Source: Bacteroidota bacterium (GTDB lineage: Bacteria; Bacteroidota; Ignavibacteria; Ignavibacteriales; Ignavibacteriaceae). From it: a DNA stretch of 64,000 nucleotides. The stretch covers positions 2,750-66,749 of the forward strand of contig JAEYUD010000073.1 in NCBI GenBank assembly GCA_023433685.1. Direction: 5' to 3'. Position 1 is the stretch's first letter. Every line of letters starts with the position of its first letter. Of this stretch, positions 9,528 to 19,492 are shown one piece after another. The position numbers and the translations under genes were made by a program. Under the pieces are notes generated by a model. It was not told the DNA's origin. It did no database searches and saw only the letters and a program-made list of their open reading frames with translations.

Positions 9528-10363
9528 TGTTCAGGATACTTTCTGATGTACTCTTCAAGCAAGGCGGTGTGCCTGCGGGTAATTTCTTCCACCTTTTTGT
9601 TCATTTCCTGCGGCAGCCCTTCGAATGATATTTCATGCGCGTGGAGTGAATAGCTGTCATCCTCATTTCTCACCATGAAGCACATGAGAATCGGCGAACC
9701 TGCCCTCAGAGCAAGAAGTGCCGATCCTTCATTCACAGCGGAACTCCTTCCGAAAAAAGGGACGTGCAGCCCATCCCGCGGTCCCCGTTGATCACCGACG
9801 ACACCAATCATCTCACCATTTTTAAGCGATTTATATAAAGTCATGGCAGCATGTCCGGTGTGCACAACTTTGTTCCCCCACATCGATCTCGCTTTTTCCA
9901 TCCAGGCGGCCACGTAACCATTCCGTTGTTCCTGTGTGAGGCTGACTACCGGTAAACCCATCCTGCGGGCATAGACAACGGCACCCAACTCCCAATTGCC
10001 GAAATGCGCGGTAAGGAGTACCACTCCTTTCCCCCGTGAGTGCATCTGCCTGCCAAGTTCTGCCACCTCATCACTGACGAATGACTCAACTTCATAATAT
10101 TTCAGGGCCGGAAGACCCATTATCTCAATAAAAGTTTTCGCGGCACTTACGTAACACTTTCTGCAAAGCACTCTTCTCTCGTCTTCGCTCATTTCGGGGA
10201 AAGCTATTGAAAGGTTTTTCATGACCACACTCCTGCGGAGTTTTAAAAGGTCATGAAAAATAAATGTGAGGAAGGGCGCAAACAGGTGCGCCCTTTTAAA
10301 ACCGACAAGACAGAATATCTTGCTGAAAAGTGAGAATAACGCGTATTCTAAAACGTTTTGCAA
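9494..10363 (-). CDS. lipid A biosynthesis (LpxL/HtrB-type) lysophospholipid acyltransferase
   Basis: 289 aa with the acyltransferase HX4E motif (LTAHFGNWELG) and an HtrB-type C-terminus (YPEQWFWMHNRWK). Confidence 0.7.
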   Translation of the reverse strand: MQNVLEYALFSLFSKIFCLVGFKRAHLFAPFLTFIFHDLLKLRRSVVMKNLSIAFPEMSEDERRVLCRKCYVSAAKTFIEIMGLPALKYYEVESFVSDEVAELGRQMHSRGKGVVLLTAHFGNWELGAVVYARRMGLPVVSLTQEQRNGYVAAWMEKARSMWGNKVVHTGHAAMTLYKSLKNGEMIGVVGDQRGPRDGLHVPFFGRSSAVNEGSALLALRAGSPILMCFMVRNEDDSYSLHAHEISFEGLPQEMNKKVEEITRRHTALLEEYIRKYPEQWFWMHNRWKY

Positions 10364-10405
10364 ATCTACATGTTCATATTTTTTTGAACACGCAATATAA
10401 CCATT

Positions 10406-11761
10406 TTAAAGCGTCTTTATTCTCGATTGCCAATTGTCGTCACGCAATTCACCACGCTTGGTTGAGTGCAGAAGTTTGTAATCGCCAAATCCTGAAATAT
10501 CTCCAAATACAAACTCGACGCCTCCCTCGATATCATCATAGTTCCAGACTTCGTATGGTTTGGTGTCAAGCTGTGAAGGGAACCGGTTGATCTCGCTGGG
10601 GCGGCCATAAACTATATGCACCCTGCCACGGTCTGTCTGCCAACCTTTCCGTTGGAATGATGAATAAGCCTGATTCGCGTATTCTATCCGCTTGTAATAT
10701 TCACGTTTGAACTCGTTAACGGTAGTTGCGGGATCCGCGTCACGGTTTCTCCAAAAATTAAAGAGGAAGTTCCGACGACCGTCGAGATCTTTAAGGTTAT
10801 CCCATTGTTTCTCTTCAACTTTTGAGGCAATATATTTTGCCTGAGCGTAAGCTTCATCGATCTCTTCCTCACTCATCATGGCAAATTCAGATGAGAGGAA
10901 TTCGTTGTCTGAATATTTGGTTGCAACTGTATCCACAACATTGGCATTGAAAACGTATATCTTCTTTGTTGCCATCGCGATTTCATTAGCGAGAGAATCA
11001 TACAAAGCGAGAGTAAGATTATAAGAACCGGTTGGTAACTTTGAAATATTTACTGTGTTCGCTTCAACTATAGAAGGATTTTTCCGGGGGATGTATCTTC
11101 TTTTTCTGCTGACTTCTTCATTTTTGTCGTTTGTCAGCACCCTCTCAAGTATCAGCAACTCCGGATCGGAATCTTTGTTAAGGTTATAAAGTTCGACGTA
11201 ATAAAATACCACAGGAAGATTTTCACCGAATACCGTGGAAACATTCGGCACCACTTCAAAAGTATTCTTGAAGAAAGTGGATGAATCGTTGTCAGACTTT
11301 TCTATCTTGGTTGCCACCTCGATATCACTTATCCCGAACTTGTCTTTGTCAGGATGCGCTATTTTTATAGCGAATTTAGCCGTATCAACCCGGTCGGTCA
11401 TCTCAAGATCTTTTACTGCAAAGGCGAACTTATAATCACCAAATTTAAGCCTGAATCGCAGAACTCCTGTTAAATTATTCTTGACCGAATCTATCACCGG
11501 CGAAGCAAAATTGTACTCCCGCTTGAAATACATTTGCGAAGTTGCAATCTCTTCAATAGCAATTCCGATTGCCCCGCGAATAAATGAACGGGCATCCGAT
11601 TGAACTGTGTGAAACGCGTTTTGATAAAAGCTGTAGTAGACTTCAACAATGCCTGACGTGTCGTCTCCGGCAAACCTGGCATAGTCGAGATCAAAAAGAG
11701 GTTTTTTCTGTGCGAAAAGCGCGATATTTAAAAACAGAACCAGGACAAATAGTCTTTTCAC
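10406..11761 (-). CDS. GWxTD domain-containing secreted protein
   Basis: 451 aa with a signal peptide (MKRLFVLVLFLNIALFAQ) and a C-terminal GWxTD signature (RKGWQTDRGRVHIVYGRPSEI). Confidence 0.75.
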   Translation of the reverse strand: MKRLFVLVLFLNIALFAQKKPLFDLDYARFAGDDTSGIVEVYYSFYQNAFHTVQSDARSFIRGAIGIAIEEIATSQMYFKREYNFASPVIDSVKNNLTGVLRFRLKFGDYKFAFAVKDLEMTDRVDTAKFAIKIAHPDKDKFGISDIEVATKIEKSDNDSSTFFKNTFEVVPNVSTVFGENLPVVFYYVELYNLNKDSDPELLILERVLTNDKNEEVSRKRRYIPRKNPSIVEANTVNISKLPTGSYNLTLALYDSLANEIAMATKKIYVFNANVVDTVATKYSDNEFLSSEFAMMSEEEIDEAYAQAKYIASKVEEKQWDNLKDLDGRRNFLFNFWRNRDADPATTVNEFKREYYKRIEYANQAYSSFQRKGWQTDRGRVHIVYGRPSEINRFPSQLDTKPYEVWNYDDIEGGVEFVFGDISGFGDYKLLHSTKRGELRDDNWQSRIKTL

Positions 11762-11788
11762 CGGTGTCTTTCTCCATTATTTTCAAAC

Positions 11789-11821
11789 AAAAAAAAGGCG
11801 CCCGCGTTAAACGGACGCCTT
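11789..11821 (-). terminator. rho-independent terminator after the PorV-like gene
   Basis: On the minus strand the sequence reads AAGGCGTCCGTTTAACGCGGGCGCC followed by TTTTTTTT. It is a GC-rich interrupted stem (797-804 pairs with 812-819) and lies 18 nt after the stop at 11839. Confidence 0.6.
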
Positions 11822-11838
11822 GGATAAAAGTGAAATTA

Positions 11839-12858
11839 TCACTTGAACGACAGTTTAACCGTCATGATGTGGTTAGGATTTGGGAATTCCTTCACCTGAC
11901 GGAAAGCGTAGTCAACAACAACACCGATTTCATCGGTAAGTTTGTAGTTAACACCCGCGCCAAGGTTAACACCAAAAATGTTGTCCTGGTTGTTTGCTGA
12001 CTGAAGTACATAACCACCTCTTACGAAGAAGAGATTGTTGAATGAGTACTCAGCACCGAACTTAAACTGGTCTTCGAACGCGTTGTTGTTCACGAATGTA
12101 CCACCGAGCTCAAGTTTGTTCTGTTTGTCAAAATCAAACTTGTATGCAAGGCTCAGTTCAAAGAAGCTGGGTATCTGGTAAGGCTCTGTTACAGCCGTAT
12201 AGTTACCAAGGGTTGAACCGGGGGTTGTTCCCGGAACAGTTGTTTTGAACTGAAGGTCTTGACCGGAATACTGCATGTTGGTACCAATGTTTTTAACGGC
12301 GGCACCAATGAACAAATTCTGGCTGAATCTGTACTGAACACCGAAATCGAGAGCGAACCCGGTTGCGTTTGAGTTCATGATCGTTTCGGATATCACCTTG
12401 GCATTAAAACCAATCGATACCCTGTCAGTGATAACTTTTGAGTAGGTCAATCCCGCAACGAGGAATCCTGGAGAGTAGGTGGTACCATCTCCATCAGGGC
12501 TCGTAACTGTAGTTACAGGGATATCACCAAAGTTAAGCGATTTGAATGAAAGCGCTATCGAACCAAAATCACCGAGGCTGGTTCCTGCTGCGAAGTAGGA
12601 AACATTTACATCAGCTATATAAGACATGTAGCTGAACATTGCTTCGGTCTTTCTGTCAACATCCAAACCGGCCGGATTATAGAAAATAGATTCCATTCCG
12701 GTTACATTGGATACAAACGCGCCTCCGGTAGCTATGCCGCGAGCGCCCACAGGGATAAGCAACTGGTCTGCACCGGTTGTACCCTTACGGGAGACGTCAC
12801 CCGCATAAGCTGGCAGTACGAAGGCGAGTATTAGCAGCAATGATAAGTATCTTTTCAT
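11839..12858 (-). CDS. PorV/PorQ-like outer-membrane beta-barrel protein (T9SS-associated)
   Basis: 339 aa with a signal peptide and alternating beta-strand pattern ending in ...HIMTVKLSFK. The N-terminal block GARGIATGGAFVSNVTGMESIFYNPAGL resembles the PorV/PorQ family. It sits next to T9SS-CTD cargo genes. Confidence 0.5.
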   Translation of the reverse strand: MKRYLSLLLILAFVLPAYAGDVSRKGTTGADQLLIPVGARGIATGGAFVSNVTGMESIFYNPAGLDVDRKTEAMFSYMSYIADVNVSYFAAGTSLGDFGSIALSFKSLNFGDIPVTTVTSPDGDGTTYSPGFLVAGLTYSKVITDRVSIGFNAKVISETIMNSNATGFALDFGVQYRFSQNLFIGAAVKNIGTNMQYSGQDLQFKTTVPGTTPGSTLGNYTAVTEPYQIPSFFELSLAYKFDFDKQNKLELGGTFVNNNAFEDQFKFGAEYSFNNLFFVRGGYVLQSANNQDNIFGVNLGAGVNYKLTDEIGVVVDYAFRQVKEFPNPNHIMTVKLSFK

Positions 12859-12892
12859 ATTTAGTTAACTCCTAATTTCTGATTCCAAGTAT

Positions 12893-12915
12893 GGCGGCGG
12901 TTTTCAGCCGCCGCC
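12893..12915 (-). other. GC-only stem-loop between the 1200-aa cargo gene and the PorV-like gene
   Basis: GGCGGCGG (12893-12900), TTTTCAG, then CCGCCGCC (12908-12915) form a perfect 8-bp G/C stem. No U-tract follows on the minus strand, so the function (attenuator, processing or stability element) is unknown. Confidence 0.35.
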
Positions 12916-12924
12916 TACTTCGTG

Positions 12925-15900
12925 TTAGAACCTTTGTATCTGCTTTTGCGGCATAATTATTGCGAATTTAAGTACTTTATCTCCGTACTCAGGCGATTTT
13001 ACTATTGCCAGATACATACCGGAGGCCACTCTGAGTCCGTCTTGATTCTGCAGATCCCACCTTAAGAAAGGTGAAGTCGGAGAAGACTTGTCAGTAGTGG
13101 ACAACGTCCGTATCAACATACCCGAAAGCGAGTATATCTTTATAGTAACATCTGTCGGAAGATTCGTAAATGTCACATACGGATTATCCGGGGTGTTACC
13201 GGCATAGCTTGCCTGAGAATTGTACGCGAACAATGGGTTCGGGTATACATTCACTTTATCAAATAGGGCTCTCTTCTGATCTGCTGTCAGATCGCCACCC
13301 TTTTGGGTAGAAAATGTGAAGATATCGTTCACGTATGGATATGACGCAAGCGGAAGCTTAAGAGTGTCACCGGCTGCATAAAATACGTTCGGATCGGTCT
13401 TTTCCATGCCTACAACATACATACCGGCCAACCAGGGTGAACGGAATACCGACTTGAAGGCGGTACCATAAACGTTGGTATCAGCACCGGCAGGAACAGT
13501 CTGTGGTGTGAGCAGGTCTGCCCATACAGGTGTTCCGGTACCGAAATCACCACCGGTGAGGTCTTTCTGACTTCCGGTTGCATCGTATGGTTTATCGAAG
13601 ATCACGATGAATTCACCAGAATATCTAAGTGAATCACCCGGATCCCAGTTTCCGTCAGGATTACCTTTAAGGAAGGAATTCTGAACGTCTCCGGGGATCT
13701 TTGTCGAAAGTTCGATGAAACCAACGGCCAACTGTCTCTGTGTTCCGTACTTAGCGTCAACTTCCCATGCGGTGAAAGGTACATCAACGAAACCTTCGCC
13801 GAATTTACCCATCTGACCACCCCTTGAGGAAACTGTATCAGCAGCGGTGACACCGGCAGCATAGATATAACTTGCGTTTCTTCTAGCCTGGGATGTACCA
13901 ACGAAACCTTGAACGTATCTGTAAGCCTTGCCGGAGTTAGGAGCGAACCGGAGTTCAACCCTCCTCATTCTGTCGGCTGTAATATATGTAGAGTAGCTTC
14001 TTTCAGCGTTCTTCGGAAGGTTGATCTTCGCTGAAGTTGGTATGTCACCACCGGTGTAGAATACCCCGGTAAGGGCACCCACTGCCGAGAAGTTCCTGTA
14101 CCATTTGGTACCAGAATAGGTGGCTGTTCCGAGAGCTGCGCTGGATGGTGAAACCTTAAGAAGGAAACCATCGGTAACCTTGCCTGCAACAACAGACAAT
14201 GTTGTGTCGAATGCCTTCATTGAGTCAGCAAGTACAGTGTTTGTAGTCTTGTTTGTAAGCCTGTAGAACACTGAATATGGTGATGTTACGGCTGTGTTCT
14301 TGAAGAACTCAACATTGTAAGTATCACCGGTAAGTTTCTTGTTGTCAACAACGACATACTGAACCTTGCCACTTGAAGGACCTTGCGCGCTCTGTGCAAT
14401 CGAACCCTCTGAGGCCGGAACGTACATGTTCTCACCATAAACAACCGGTAACAGCGCGGTCTCATATTCTTCAACCGAACCGGAACGGGCGATGTAATCG
14501 CCTGCAGGTCCATAAACCTGCTGTTTATTCTGATCGTACGGAGCTTTAAGGAAGATTGCCTTATGGTTCACCGCGTAAGGAGTAACCGTAAAGTAATAGG
14601 TCTGTCCTTTAACAAGCGGATCGCCGTTAAACGGATTTGCTGTCACTTTAATACGGAGACGGCCCGTGGAAGGAGTTGCATACAATGCTGAATCGATCTT
14701 GAATTCAGGAAGAACTTCCGCGAACTTCAAATCCTGATTACCGTTTGCGAAAAGCGTATAGATACCTTTAATGGAATCGTTAAGCTGATAGTTCGCGATA
14801 ACCCTTGAATTTTCAACTCCACTGATGACAGCCTCTTTCGAGTTTGTTCTGTAAGCAGTTACATAGAAGCCTTTAATTCTTCTATCGATGTTAAGCACTG
14901 TATCAACCGCGTTGTATCTTAACTGGTCGTAAGTATCAAAATTGATATCGATATAACCGAGACCATCACTCGAAGTACCGGTAAGCATGGTTGGCTTAAC
15001 CGGTGGTGGCGGTGGTGGTGAAGGGAAGTTCGAATCAAAGAGGAGCTGAGCAATCTCAGAGTACTGTTTTGCAACAGTAATTGACTGTTTCGCGTCGTTT
15101 CCTCTACCAACTACATAAGCCACAACGATATCAACAGGAACTCCCTTTTCAAGTTTGAAAGGACCTGTGTTTGACATCTGACGTTGATCGGTTGCAGTGT
15201 TGTTTATCCATCCCACATTGGTAACAGGGTTACCTGAGTATGAGAATTTAGGGTCAACAGTAGCGCAATCAATACCGCCACGAACTTCACCGAATGACCA
15301 TGTACAAGGATTAAGAGCATCACCGATACGGTTTTTACCGGTCATGTAATTTCTTGCTTCCTGACGTGTGTTCGGATCACCATGTGTCGGATGACTCTGC
15401 ATGTAGTGAACGAATGATGAGAGACCAAGGTTCTTGGCACCCGGGAACTGCTCAATACCTCTGACCTGACCACCTACATAGTGGGCAGTATCAACTGGAG
15501 TGTCAATTCCATCGTCCCATTTACCGTTACCGTTTACATCGATATAGGTCTCACCGGCAACGTATGCTTTTGGACCCTGGAAAAAGTCGATAAGGAATGT
15601 TGGCGGGTTGGCACCATATTCAGTATCATCACCATCGTTATAAACATAACCGGCATTAAGGATGGTATCGCAACCAACGAGATCATCGTAAGCATCACCA
15701 AGATCAGGATCCGCCCAAACACCAAAGTATACTGAATCCATCACATCGGCAACAGAACCAGTGTTGAGAATCGAGTACCTTAAGAACATCATGTTACCCA
15801 CGAAGCTCTTTGTGTTGAAAGCGAAAACTGTCTGACGGATCTCAATACCCTGAGGTGACACGTCGTTGAATCTTCTGAGGGCCGGATCAGTTCCATCACT

Positions 15901-16527
15901 GTAAACACACCATGAGGTCTCATCGCCGATGAGATCAGGTCTGTCTTCAGTGGGGTCCCATTTGCCGTTTCCATTTTTGTCAACGGGATCATAAACTCCG
16001 TCACCGTCTCCATCATAGAAATAGGCACCAAGTTTAACAGCGTCTCTCCACTCATCCCATGCCGGTGCGAAATCACCTTCCGCGGCTCTCAGAACATATA
16101 TCTGGGCTTTGGAATCATTTCTGCCACCAGCCACAGTTCCCGGAACATAGTCCTGAATACGTGAAGCTGATGCAACGGCGTTGGTCCAGAGAACCCCGTT
16201 GGTTAATCCGCTAAGGAAGAAACCACCGGAGAAGAGGAACACTTTACCACCGAACTTTCCACCGGAGGAGTTAGCACCGGTTTCGGGATCGAAAATGGAT
16301 ACATCACCTACAACACCCGATCTGTTCATCGGGATGTTAAGGTTGTTGATAAACATTCTGTAGGAGTCACCGGCCTTCAGAGCAGGAGCATTATTGCTTC
16401 CCTTTCCTCCGCCTTTGCCTCCTTTGTCGTTGCCTCTGAATCCAAACGACACTAAACCGGCCGCAAGGATAAAGAGGAGGACAAATTCTTTAACGTAATA
16501 TTTTCTATTCATATTCCAAGTTCCCAA
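12925..16527 (-). CDS. very large secreted protein with T9SS type-A C-terminal sorting domain
   Basis: 1200 aa with an N-terminal signal/anchor. The C-terminal ~90 aa match the Por_Secre_tail pattern (VNVYPNPLF...VTIKIYSLSGMLIRTL...WDLQNQDGLRVASGMYLAIV...KFAIIM). There are Asp/Gly Ca-binding-like repeats and a poly-Pro linker. The start may be the internal ATG at 16512. Confidence 0.7.
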   Translation of the reverse strand: MGTWNMNRKYYVKEFVLLFILAAGLVSFGFRGNDKGGKGGGKGSNNAPALKAGDSYRMFINNLNIPMNRSGVVGDVSIFDPETGANSSGGKFGGKVFLFSGGFFLSGLTNGVLWTNAVASASRIQDYVPGTVAGGRNDSKAQIYVLRAAEGDFAPAWDEWRDAVKLGAYFYDGDGDGVYDPVDKNGNGKWDPTEDRPDLIGDETSWCVYSDGTDPALRRFNDVSPQGIEIRQTVFAFNTKSFVGNMMFLRYSILNTGSVADVMDSVYFGVWADPDLGDAYDDLVGCDTILNAGYVYNDGDDTEYGANPPTFLIDFFQGPKAYVAGETYIDVNGNGKWDDGIDTPVDTAHYVGGQVRGIEQFPGAKNLGLSSFVHYMQSHPTHGDPNTRQEARNYMTGKNRIGDALNPCTWSFGEVRGGIDCATVDPKFSYSGNPVTNVGWINNTATDQRQMSNTGPFKLEKGVPVDIVVAYVVGRGNDAKQSITVAKQYSEIAQLLFDSNFPSPPPPPPVKPTMLTGTSSDGLGYIDINFDTYDQLRYNAVDTVLNIDRRIKGFYVTAYRTNSKEAVISGVENSRVIANYQLNDSIKGIYTLFANGNQDLKFAEVLPEFKIDSALYATPSTGRLRIKVTANPFNGDPLVKGQTYYFTVTPYAVNHKAIFLKAPYDQNKQQVYGPAGDYIARSGSVEEYETALLPVVYGENMYVPASEGSIAQSAQGPSSGKVQYVVVDNKKLTGDTYNVEFFKNTAVTSPYSVFYRLTNKTTNTVLADSMKAFDTTLSVVAGKVTDGFLLKVSPSSAALGTATYSGTKWYRNFSAVGALTGVFYTGGDIPTSAKINLPKNAERSYSTYITADRMRRVELRFAPNSGKAYRYVQGFVGTSQARRNASYIYAAGVTAADTVSSRGGQMGKFGEGFVDVPFTAWEVDAKYGTQRQLAVGFIELSTKIPGDVQNSFLKGNPDGNWDPGDSLRYSGEFIVIFDKPYDATGSQKDLTGGDFGTGTPVWADLLTPQTVPAGADTNVYGTAFKSVFRSPWLAGMYVVGMEKTDPNVFYAAGDTLKLPLASYPYVNDIFTFSTQKGGDLTADQKRALFDKVNVYPNPLFAYNSQASYAGNTPDNPYVTFTNLPTDVTIKIYSLSGMLIRTLSTTDKSSPTSPFLRWDLQNQDGLRVASGMYLAIVKSPEYGDKVLKFAIIMPQKQIQRF

Positions 16528-16529
16528 TA

Positions 16530-19358
16530 TTATTTACCGGACTGACTTGTAAAGTTAACTTTGAAACCAAGCTTAATGAGTCTTGGAATACCAAAATTAT
16601 CTGGATTTCTTTCAAACGCGCGATAATCGGATTTGTATATCTGCGGATTTGGTGTCGAAGCGGCAGTTCTCTGTCCTTCGAGGGTGTTTATCCATCCGGT
16701 TGTATATGGATCGCCGGAAGACTGATATACCGTAACGGGATTATCTGAATCAAGAAGGTTCTCGACCCAGAGGTACGGGGTAAGGATAAAGTTGCTAACT
16801 CTGAAAGCTTTTTCAAGTTTCAGATCAACTCTGAAGTTACCCGGTCCGTATGAAGAGTTTACATAACCTTTTGTGTTGCCATAGTTAGTGGCACCGGCAA
16901 GCAGGTTCTGTGACTCAAGCGGGGTATAAGGTCTGCCGCTGTTGAATCTGAGGAGCAGGTTTGCTGACAGATTCTCGAGGAATCCCAACTGTCCTTGTGG
17001 TACATAAAAATCCACGTTAAGAACACCGGTATGTCTCTGATCGAAATCGAGAGGAGCGATAACCTTGGGTATTTCACCATTTGTATTTCTGAACGCCGCG
17101 GTGAACGATGAACCTGTTGAAGATCCTGTTCCTTCAGCGATAGAATACGTGTAGTTCAATGAGAATGAGAAGTAGCTTATTCTCATAACATCAAGCGATA
17201 AAGCGAGACCTTTTACAGTACCAAAGTCTGTATTGGTCGGGGTGATGTATCTGAGGAGCTCGCCACCTTCTGATCTTCTGAAGAATACCGTTGCCGAGTT
17301 AACCAAGCCTTCTGTATTCTTGTAGAACGCGGTGACATTGATCGAAGCGATATCAGCAATTGCCTGACGGAATCCGATCTCATACTGTGTGGTTATTTCA
17401 CTCTCAACGTGTCCGTTGTTAACACCAAGGTTGTTATCAGTAACGAGGGCATTAAGATCCTGAACAGTTGTGTAGATCTGATCAAGTGATGGCTGCTGAA
17501 TGAATTTACCATATTGCGCGTGGAACACAGTGCTCGCGGTTACAGGGAACCCGAGACCAATTCTTGGCGAAATATGAATTTCAGCTTCTTTTGTCACGAA
17601 ATCAGGCGCGTCGAACGCGTTCGGATCACCAAAGATATAAGGATATCTCGGATCTTTGAGAATCTGAGCCTTTGTATCGAAGTAATCGAGTCTCACGCCA
17701 AGGTTAAGTACCATGTCAGAGAGCTCAAACCTGTCCTGAATATAGGCATAGCCAAGCATCGGGAGTTTAGGTTCGTTCGCGTCACCTTTACTGGTGAGCG
17801 TCTTTCCGGTGATATCATAACCGATAGCTGTCGGCTGCATTCTTGCATATCTCTCGGCTGTTGGAAGTGACTTCAGGTTATCTGAAGCAAGACCGATAGG
17901 CGCGATCGAGTAAAGACGGATGGTCGAGTAGTTAAAACCACCACCGGCTTCAAGAAGATGGTTGCCCATCTGCGCTGTGAAATCGAAATCAGCAGTTATT
18001 GCAGAGTTGTTCGTCAGGAAGTACCCGTTGTTCACTCTACCGAACTCTGAAAAGATTCCATACGCGTCGAAGTTAACACGTCCACCATTGTATGGAAGTT
18101 TAACACCGATCGCGGCGTTGGCAGCACTATCGCCATAGGCTTCAAGATTATCAAACCATACACCGTCACCCTGCTCATTTTTATAGAGCTTGTAACCGAC
18201 GTTCAGGTTCCAGAAAGCGTTCTTGCTGACATTCTGTGACAAGCGTGCCGAGAACGAGTAGTTCTCTCTCTTTACGAGAGGATTGTGTACGGCGTTGTTC
18301 TTGATGTAAGAATGTGTATAAGCATTGAACTCTCTCATGTTGATGTTAGCACCAACTCTGAATGTCCAGCTCTCTGAGAGTCTGTGGGTTGATCTGCCTG
18401 TGAATCTCCAAACGCTTGATGATGAATTCGGACGGGTGTCTGAATTCAGACCAACTGAAGGAACCTCCAGTGTGATCGCGCTCGGATCCTGATCGAGGAA
18501 CCAGCCCCTCTCAGCGGAGAGGAAGAATGTATGGTCGCCATTACCGGGGATGTAAGGACCACCGAGGGTGGCTGTATAAAGGTTGTATCCATACTTGTCT
18601 GTAAATGATGAAGTAAGAACGTCACCATAGAAAGTGTAGAATGGATTTCCTGATTTGGTAGTAACGTTTACGATACCTGACTGGGCCTGGCCATATTTGG
18701 CTTCATAACCACCGATCTGGAACGATATCTGCTCAATGGCAGCGTTACTTACCTGGGAATAGTTGACACCTGAATAAAGGTCGTTCTGTGGAACACCATC
18801 CACGATGTAGAGAACTTCTCCGCCTCTACCACCGCGAACGTTAAGAGTGGCGTTACCGGAAGCTCCACCGGAGCCTTCTGTAACAACCACACCGGCGTTA
18901 AGACCGGCGATGTTCTCGACACCTTTAACAGGCAATTTCTGAATTTCTTCAGCGTCATAGACTTTAGTGGTATTTGTTGCCTTCTCTTCAAAGAATTTCT
19001 TGTCAACAATTACAACTTCATCAAGGGTAACACCCGAAGACAGCTCAACATTCAGCTCCTCTGTGATACCGGCAACAATTCTTATACCTTGGAAGGTCTT
19101 TGTTCCGTAACCTACATAGGATACTTCAACGCTGTACGTGCCCGGGTTAATGTTCAATACAAAGTATGAACCATTAATGTCTGTGGCAGCACCAAGTTTG
19201 GTACCAACAATTTTAACGTTTGCTCCTATGATGGCTTCTCTTGACTTTGCGTCAACTACCTTTCCTGTAAGTTTTCCGACACCGGTTTGTGCCAAGCCGG
19301 TTACTGAAAGGAGCGACACAAAAAGGACGCCTAAAAAGAGCTCTCTCAAAATCTTCAT
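16530..19358 (-). CDS. TonB-dependent receptor with CarboxypepD_reg-like N-terminal domain
   Basis: 942 aa with a signal peptide. It has a CarboxypepD_reg block (GKLTGKVVDAKSREAIIGANVKIVGTKLGAATDINGSYFVLNINPGTYSVEVSYVGYG), a plug region (LNVRGGRGGEVLYIVDGV) and a long beta-barrel. The stop is 2 nt from the next gene's start. Confidence 0.85.
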   Translation of the reverse strand: MKILRELFLGVLFVSLLSVTGLAQTGVGKLTGKVVDAKSREAIIGANVKIVGTKLGAATDINGSYFVLNINPGTYSVEVSYVGYGTKTFQGIRIVAGITEELNVELSSGVTLDEVVIVDKKFFEEKATNTTKVYDAEEIQKLPVKGVENIAGLNAGVVVTEGSGGASGNATLNVRGGRGGEVLYIVDGVPQNDLYSGVNYSQVSNAAIEQISFQIGGYEAKYGQAQSGIVNVTTKSGNPFYTFYGDVLTSSFTDKYGYNLYTATLGGPYIPGNGDHTFFLSAERGWFLDQDPSAITLEVPSVGLNSDTRPNSSSSVWRFTGRSTHRLSESWTFRVGANINMREFNAYTHSYIKNNAVHNPLVKRENYSFSARLSQNVSKNAFWNLNVGYKLYKNEQGDGVWFDNLEAYGDSAANAAIGVKLPYNGGRVNFDAYGIFSEFGRVNNGYFLTNNSAITADFDFTAQMGNHLLEAGGGFNYSTIRLYSIAPIGLASDNLKSLPTAERYARMQPTAIGYDITGKTLTSKGDANEPKLPMLGYAYIQDRFELSDMVLNLGVRLDYFDTKAQILKDPRYPYIFGDPNAFDAPDFVTKEAEIHISPRIGLGFPVTASTVFHAQYGKFIQQPSLDQIYTTVQDLNALVTDNNLGVNNGHVESEITTQYEIGFRQAIADIASINVTAFYKNTEGLVNSATVFFRRSEGGELLRYITPTNTDFGTVKGLALSLDVMRISYFSFSLNYTYSIAEGTGSSTGSSFTAAFRNTNGEIPKVIAPLDFDQRHTGVLNVDFYVPQGQLGFLENLSANLLLRFNSGRPYTPLESQNLLAGATNYGNTKGYVNSSYGPGNFRVDLKLEKAFRVSNFILTPYLWVENLLDSDNPVTVYQSSGDPYTTGWINTLEGQRTAASTPNPQIYKSDYRAFERNPDNFGIPRLIKLGFKVNFTSQSGK

Positions 19359-19492
19359 CCCTGATCCTCCAAAGATGTTGGATGATGTGATCTGTAAAAA
19401 AATTTGCAGCTAAATATTTAGTTATAAACGGCGAACCCCACTTTTCAGCAGGGTTCACCTTAAATTTTATTACCTAAGTGAACTCACGGTAA

